Under the pieces are notes generated by a model. That model searched no databases and had not been told where the DNA came from. It saw only the letters and a program-made list of their open reading frames with translations. Made by a program: the position numbers and the translations under genes. DNA of 64,000 nt, from positions 1 through 64,000 of the forward strand of contig JAEOTA010000088.1 of NCBI GenBank assembly GCA_016840085.1, in the 5' to 3' direction. Below are positions 60,301 to 64,000 of the stretch, in pieces (within the stretch, counting starts at the first letter, position 1; every line of letters starts with the position of its first letter). Source of the DNA: Promethearchaeota archaeon (GTDB lineage Archaea > Asgardarchaeota > Lokiarchaeia > Sigyniarchaeales > SOKP01).

Positions 60301-60684
60301 AATTTATCAAGTGAGGACTCTAAAGTTAGAGAAGCAGCAGCAAACTTAATTAAAGTTTATTGGAATCAAGTTAATAAAATATTTGATAATCTAATTATAT
60401 TATTAGATGACTCATCTAAAGAAGTGAGGTCAAGTATAATCAATAGTTTTGTAGAAATTATTCAAAAAATAGGGCTTAATCAAATATTATCAAATCTTTT
60501 ACGAAATCTTAGTGATGAAGGCTCCTTAGAAACTCAACGTTCAATAGCAATAATTCTTGGAAGAACTGTTAAATATGAAGATGAAAAAATCAAGAAAAGA
60601 GTAATATCTCTATTAAAAATAAGATGTGAAATGAGTCAAGATCCAATAATTTGTGCTATTCTACAACAATTAAAAGAAAATTGA
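57337..60684 (+). CDS. Multi-pass membrane protein with C-terminal HEAT repeats
   Basis: ~8 hydrophobic segments in the first ~350 aa, then repeated L.D....VR..A...L motifs. Confidence 0.8.
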   Translation: MVILIVEIILLILFIVFFVFGFYIIYRQVSLVKKGEFNNKDRFQCVLYGIIFSMAVLVVITVGFIFTVKTPEFWETTPPEVHPLALIIPFTFCLIYISLYPIIDFLNIALSKESDEGLTPFHKFISEKIINRFKKKFIAIIFAIVFYALAFFAAPLLLALLGLPFIIGWLTFMLIYPLLILTYYGSKGYIAGISNVYYHIPDIKRSIFLNFEDNKRGMKQFASNPGPYIVFGLMLFVFVWAWISLIQTIAFFFTRSLAISTMSSIFVFVTLFFGIMGYFTRFWGRKIKYRGIDIYFAAYLMAAIGINVLVNFLIVNPNKLFYTFNLWNLTNPIVPNYYILAWAAVIEEIVLVIFTSYYFLAKNNEFIRNIRYSNITKSGQTFDPIPLFNFIKNQDREIRKHAEETLILMFERIPLKSEINLNEWKFKYLLFDGICDSDPNSRRICYKILTQLEKDVPDIILPWIIEALKSPNYDKTIPILRSLLKIDINLLEKIPRDLILSLIEDTEWRTRILGLKVLTRLFDKNKDLIAHLNIKKLINDPNSKIQVEILKIVANSSFILPIEIIIDKINHTNKEISSIAIKSLTNLEAKEFDPKLIPRIVPLMKDPSSLIRSSIFSVFAKIGNFKKYKIPILPFLEGLTDSNENVRNSAILALEKYHTEQPSSLDLDSLINKIVPDNFDQLNSIIILLGKLWEFNPEKIVTTILTYIKFENEKLQEEISKILIENYHKNPDLIIQNLIKIPDVSKFITKGIISRTIIKIGKRYPNKVIQKLLYYLENENDDIRLNAIISLEGLTDEFSTIIRIKPIIALLHRDKNNQIKKETSKLISEIAKNDPSLMKPFISEFIQALNEQELSVRIVLSKSLLDMAKVSPEIIPVHNIINFLSDSDSFIRETNTKILGLIGYKLPLVVAEALINNALIDEEWIVREAAISSLGNMIDHVEKKEQIIEKLVPLLKDEQNWVRRTAMNILSNIKEVNENQIPFEIILQNLSSEDSKVREAAANLIKVYWNQVNKIFDNLIILLDDSSKEVRSSIINSFVEIIQKIGLNQILSNLLRNLSDEGSLETQRSIAIILGRTVKYEDEKIKKRVISLLKIRCEMSQDPIICAILQQLKEN

Positions 60685-60857
60685 GATCAGATTTAATTCA
60701 AACAACTAGAAAAACTACAAATCAATAAATCCTCCATCAGTCTTTTGGTTTATATTGTTGTTTATTTACTCTTTAATAAAATTATGTGATTAATACTAAG
60801 GATTATAAAATTATCAAAATTAATTTAAGCATATTGAAAAAATTGATGTGATTTTTA

Positions 60858-62981
60858 ATGACGACACCTCTTTCAAGCTCTAGTCAACCGATTAATAAAG
60901 TTCAACGCTTTGAAGATTTTTATCGCTTATTTCAAGAGAAACCAGGAGTATATAAATATCAAGATCAGATAAATGATATCTTTTCAAAAGGAGGAAATTC
61001 ATTAATTATTTTTTATGAGGATCTACTTGCATTTGATCCTCAGATTGCTGATATGTTGAAAAATGATCCTGAATCTTTATTAGAAGACGCTATAGAAGCA
61101 TTTAAAAATATTTTAAAATTTCAAGGGGCATCGTTAAGTAATCAGAACCTTTTTGTAAGAGTAGCAACTAAAGATAAAAAATCTCCTCTGTTAATTCATT
61201 TAAGAATGTTAAGAGCAAAACATATTGATAAATTGATTTGGTCTAAAGGAATTTTAGTAAGAAGTTCCGCGATTAGGCCAAAATTAATAAACGCTACATT
61301 CGAATGTAATTTATGTGGAGCTCAATTTGAAGTGATCCAATTAACATCAAAAATAAGATGGCCAAAATTTTGCACTAACAAACGATGTAAAGCAAAAACC
61401 CAATCAGATTTCCGACTTATATCAAAAAAATCTGAATTTATTGATTGGCAAAGTGTTATGATCCAAGAAATCCCTGAAGATTTACCTTCTGGGAGAATTC
61501 CAAGATCCGTTCAAGTATTATTAACATATGATCTAGTAGATTCTGTCAAACCAGGAGATAGAGTTAATATAATGGGTATTTTTAAATCTGTATTAGCTCA
61601 ATCAACGAAGAGCATCAATTCTACATTATTCAAAACGTATATTAATGTTAATTTTATTGATCCCGAAGACAAAAGTGATGATGTAATTGAACTTTCTAAA
61701 GAAGACAAAGAAAAAATAGAAAAATTATCAAAAGAACCAATGATCCAAAAAAAGATAGCACGTTCAATTGCTCCAAGTATTTATGGAAGAGACAAGTTAA
61801 AAATGGCATGCGCTTTAAGTTTATTTGGAGGAACAAGAAGAAAAAAACCAGGTGGAGGATATAAGCGGGGAGATATTCATTTCCTCGTAGTAGGGGACCC
61901 TGGCACAGGAAAATCAGTAATTTTAAAAGGTGCAATAGAAGTTTCTCCTAGAGGATTATATACTTCAGGTAAGGGTTCCACGGGAGTAGGATTAACTGCT
62001 GCTGTAATAAAAGAAGCAGATACAGGTCAAATGAACCTCGAAGCGGGTGTTGTTGTGCTAGCCAATGGAGGTGTTGCTGCAATTGATGAATTTGATAAAA
62101 TGGACACAGCAGATCGATCTGCGCTGCATGAGGCAATGGAACAACAGACGGTGAGTATTGCCAAGGCAGGAATAGTTGCTACACTAAAAGCTCAGACAGC
62201 AATTATTGCTGCCGCTAATCCTCATTCTGGCAGATATGACAGATATAAAACACCTACACAAAATATCCGTTTGCCACCTTCTCTTTTATCTCGTTTTGAT
62301 TTGATTTTCGTAGTTGTAGATAGACCTAATCCTTCTGAGGATGCACAAATGGCTGAATTCATTTTAAAAAATTCCATGGTTGGACCAGAAGATAATTTCG
62401 AAGAAGAAGATCTTATCTCTCCAATCCCAAAAGATATACTTAAAAAATATATAAAACATGCCAGAAGAATTTGTTTTCCTATTTTATCTGATGAGGCAAA
62501 AGAAAGAATAAAAGAATTTTATTTAGAATTACGTGGTCAATATGATAGTGAAGATGCAATTATTTCCATTTTGGCTAGAAATCTAGATGCACTTGTTAGA
62601 TTATGTGAATCTCACGCAAAAATGGCATTGAGAGATAACGTAACAAAAGAAGATGTCGAAGAAATTATTAAACTATTTAAAAGATATCTTAAAGATACTG
62701 GTTATGATGAAACCACTGGAAAAATTGATATGGATAGAATTTTTGTAGGGCAATCTAGAAGTAACCTTAATAGACTTGAAACATTAATGAATAGATTAAA
62801 GGAGATTTTTGAAGAAAATAATTGGAAATCAATTGAGAAAAATAATATAATTCAAATCTTAGAATTAGAAGAAAGCTTAGATAAGAAGTTTATTGAAAAT
62901 GCCCTTGAAGAACTGATAAAAGAGGGAACCGTTTATGAACCTAAGAATGGATTTCTCAGATTTACAAATAAAGCAGAATAA
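60858..62981 (+). CDS. mcm: Replicative helicase MCM
   Basis: C4 zinc finger, GDPGTGKS, GLTAAV, IDEFDKM, EAMEQQT, SRFD. Confidence 0.96.
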   Translation: MTTPLSSSSQPINKVQRFEDFYRLFQEKPGVYKYQDQINDIFSKGGNSLIIFYEDLLAFDPQIADMLKNDPESLLEDAIEAFKNILKFQGASLSNQNLFVRVATKDKKSPLLIHLRMLRAKHIDKLIWSKGILVRSSAIRPKLINATFECNLCGAQFEVIQLTSKIRWPKFCTNKRCKAKTQSDFRLISKKSEFIDWQSVMIQEIPEDLPSGRIPRSVQVLLTYDLVDSVKPGDRVNIMGIFKSVLAQSTKSINSTLFKTYINVNFIDPEDKSDDVIELSKEDKEKIEKLSKEPMIQKKIARSIAPSIYGRDKLKMACALSLFGGTRRKKPGGGYKRGDIHFLVVGDPGTGKSVILKGAIEVSPRGLYTSGKGSTGVGLTAAVIKEADTGQMNLEAGVVVLANGGVAAIDEFDKMDTADRSALHEAMEQQTVSIAKAGIVATLKAQTAIIAAANPHSGRYDRYKTPTQNIRLPPSLLSRFDLIFVVVDRPNPSEDAQMAEFILKNSMVGPEDNFEEEDLISPIPKDILKKYIKHARRICFPILSDEAKERIKEFYLELRGQYDSEDAIISILARNLDALVRLCESHAKMALRDNVTKEDVEEIIKLFKRYLKDTGYDETTGKIDMDRIFVGQSRSNLNRLETLMNRLKEIFEENNWKSIEKNNIIQILELEESLDKKFIENALEELIKEGTVYEPKNGFLRFTNKAE

Positions 62982-63043
62982 TACTTTTTACTTTTCTATA
63001 AGCTCAATCTTTGCTAATTAATTTTAAATACTCTAATAATATC

Positions 63044-63574
63044 TTAATTATCATGAAAATATTTTATTGCTTCTTCAGAAATAGCTTTAAACGCTAATTC
63101 TACATGGTCTCCTGTTTTTGCTGAAGTATAGAAAGTTGAAATTGAATTTATTCGTTTACCTAAAGAAGTGATTTCTTGTTCATTTAATTCACTTACTAAA
63201 TCATTTTTATTAGCAAGTAATGTTATTGGAGCAGAAGGACAATATTGTTTTATATCAGGAACCCAGAATTCTTCAATCTGAATAAACGTATTTCTCCTTG
63301 TTAAATCCCCGACTAAGAGTATACCTTTAGCTCCAGCATAATACGCATATCTCATTTTAATCCAGCGTTCTTGTCCAGCAATATCCCATATTTGAAGTGT
63401 TATTCTAACTTTGTTGTCTAAGATAATATTTTTAATATATATGTTTGTCCCAATACTTGAACGATAATCTCTTGTAAATTGACCCGAAACAAATTTCTTA
63501 ACTAAGCTTGTCTTACCAACGGCGGGATCTCCAATTAAAATGATTTTTAATGTAAATTTCTTGGTGTTGCTCAT
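63044..63574 (-). CDS. Rab-like small GTPase
   Basis: GDPAVGKTS, WDIAGQE, NKND, TSAKTG; no C-terminal Cys. Confidence 0.9.
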   Translation of the reverse strand: MSNTKKFTLKIILIGDPAVGKTSLVKKFVSGQFTRDYRSSIGTNIYIKNIILDNKVRITLQIWDIAGQERWIKMRYAYYAGAKGILLVGDLTRRNTFIQIEEFWVPDIKQYCPSAPITLLANKNDLVSELNEQEITSLGKRINSISTFYTSAKTGDHVELAFKAISEEAIKYFHDN

Positions 63575-63692
63575 ATATAATTTATTTTATGAAGAAAGTT
63601 TTTTAAGTTTATATATAAATATTAAAATAATTAAATTCTAAAATTAAATAAAAGAATTGAGAACTTTAAAAATAAGATAGTGATCATTTGTT

Positions 63693-64000
63693 ATGACTAC
63701 AGGTATAGTATATGATGATATTTATCTTGAACACAGAATTGGAACTCATGTTGAAAGTCATTTTAGACTCATTGAAATTATGGATTTCTTGAAAAGCAAT
63801 AAAATATTTGAAAATCCTAATTTTAAGTTGATTAAACCTAGGTTAGCTTCATTAGATCAAATTAAATACGTTCATGAAGAGAGCTTGATTAATGAAGTTA
63901 GAGAAATAAGTGATTTAGCAGAAAAAACAGCCCGTATCCAAAGCCTCGACATGGACACGAGTGTATCTTCCAAAACATATGAAGCATCTTTATACTCAGT
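63693..64000 (+). CDS. Histone deacetylase family protein (partial, runs off window)
   Basis: MTTGIVYDDIYLEH..GTHVESHFRL...VH....I...DMDT.VS..TYEA. Confidence 0.8.
   Translation, partial: MTTGIVYDDIYLEHRIGTHVESHFRLIEIMDFLKSNKIFENPNFKLIKPRLASLDQIKYVHEESLINEVREISDLAEKTARIQSLDMDTSVSSKTYEASLYS

Overview
AT-rich archaeal chromosomal segment, most consistent with an Asgard archaeon (Lokiarchaeia-like): it has a Rag-type and a Rab-type GTPase, a uDENN/longin-like protein, rpl15e, Top6A/B, GINS, MCM and a BHB-intron tRNA. The core is chromosome biology (cdc6-like, smc, scpA, scpB; top6B-top6A; gins, mcm) plus housekeeping genes (valS, coaBC, pyrE). The main finding is a ~9.3 kb island inserted into the 3' end of smc. 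The reading frame is completed by a synonymously recoded copy of the last 73 codons (19130-19351), and the probable original tail is left at 28401-28622 in front of scpA-scpB. The island carries a Zn-ribbon/endonuclease gene, a DUF3800 gene followed by a twin-hairpin RNA-like element, an amber-interrupted metallophosphoesterase, and a 4-gene nuclease / TGT-like / Panacea-like / PIN operon that is a candidate new defence system. No integrase is visible. The SMC is also unusual: 1484 aa, no recognisable hinge or zinc hook, and arms built from ~90-98 aa repeats. ScpA and Top6B share a SAP/HeH-like module. Other items: a C/D-box sRNA, a tRNA-Ala(CGC) with two introns and a nearby att-like remnant, and a second accessory patch (Dam MTase, pseudogenes, solo TnpB with a rearranged RuvC). 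All calls come from reading motifs by eye; no database searches were run.
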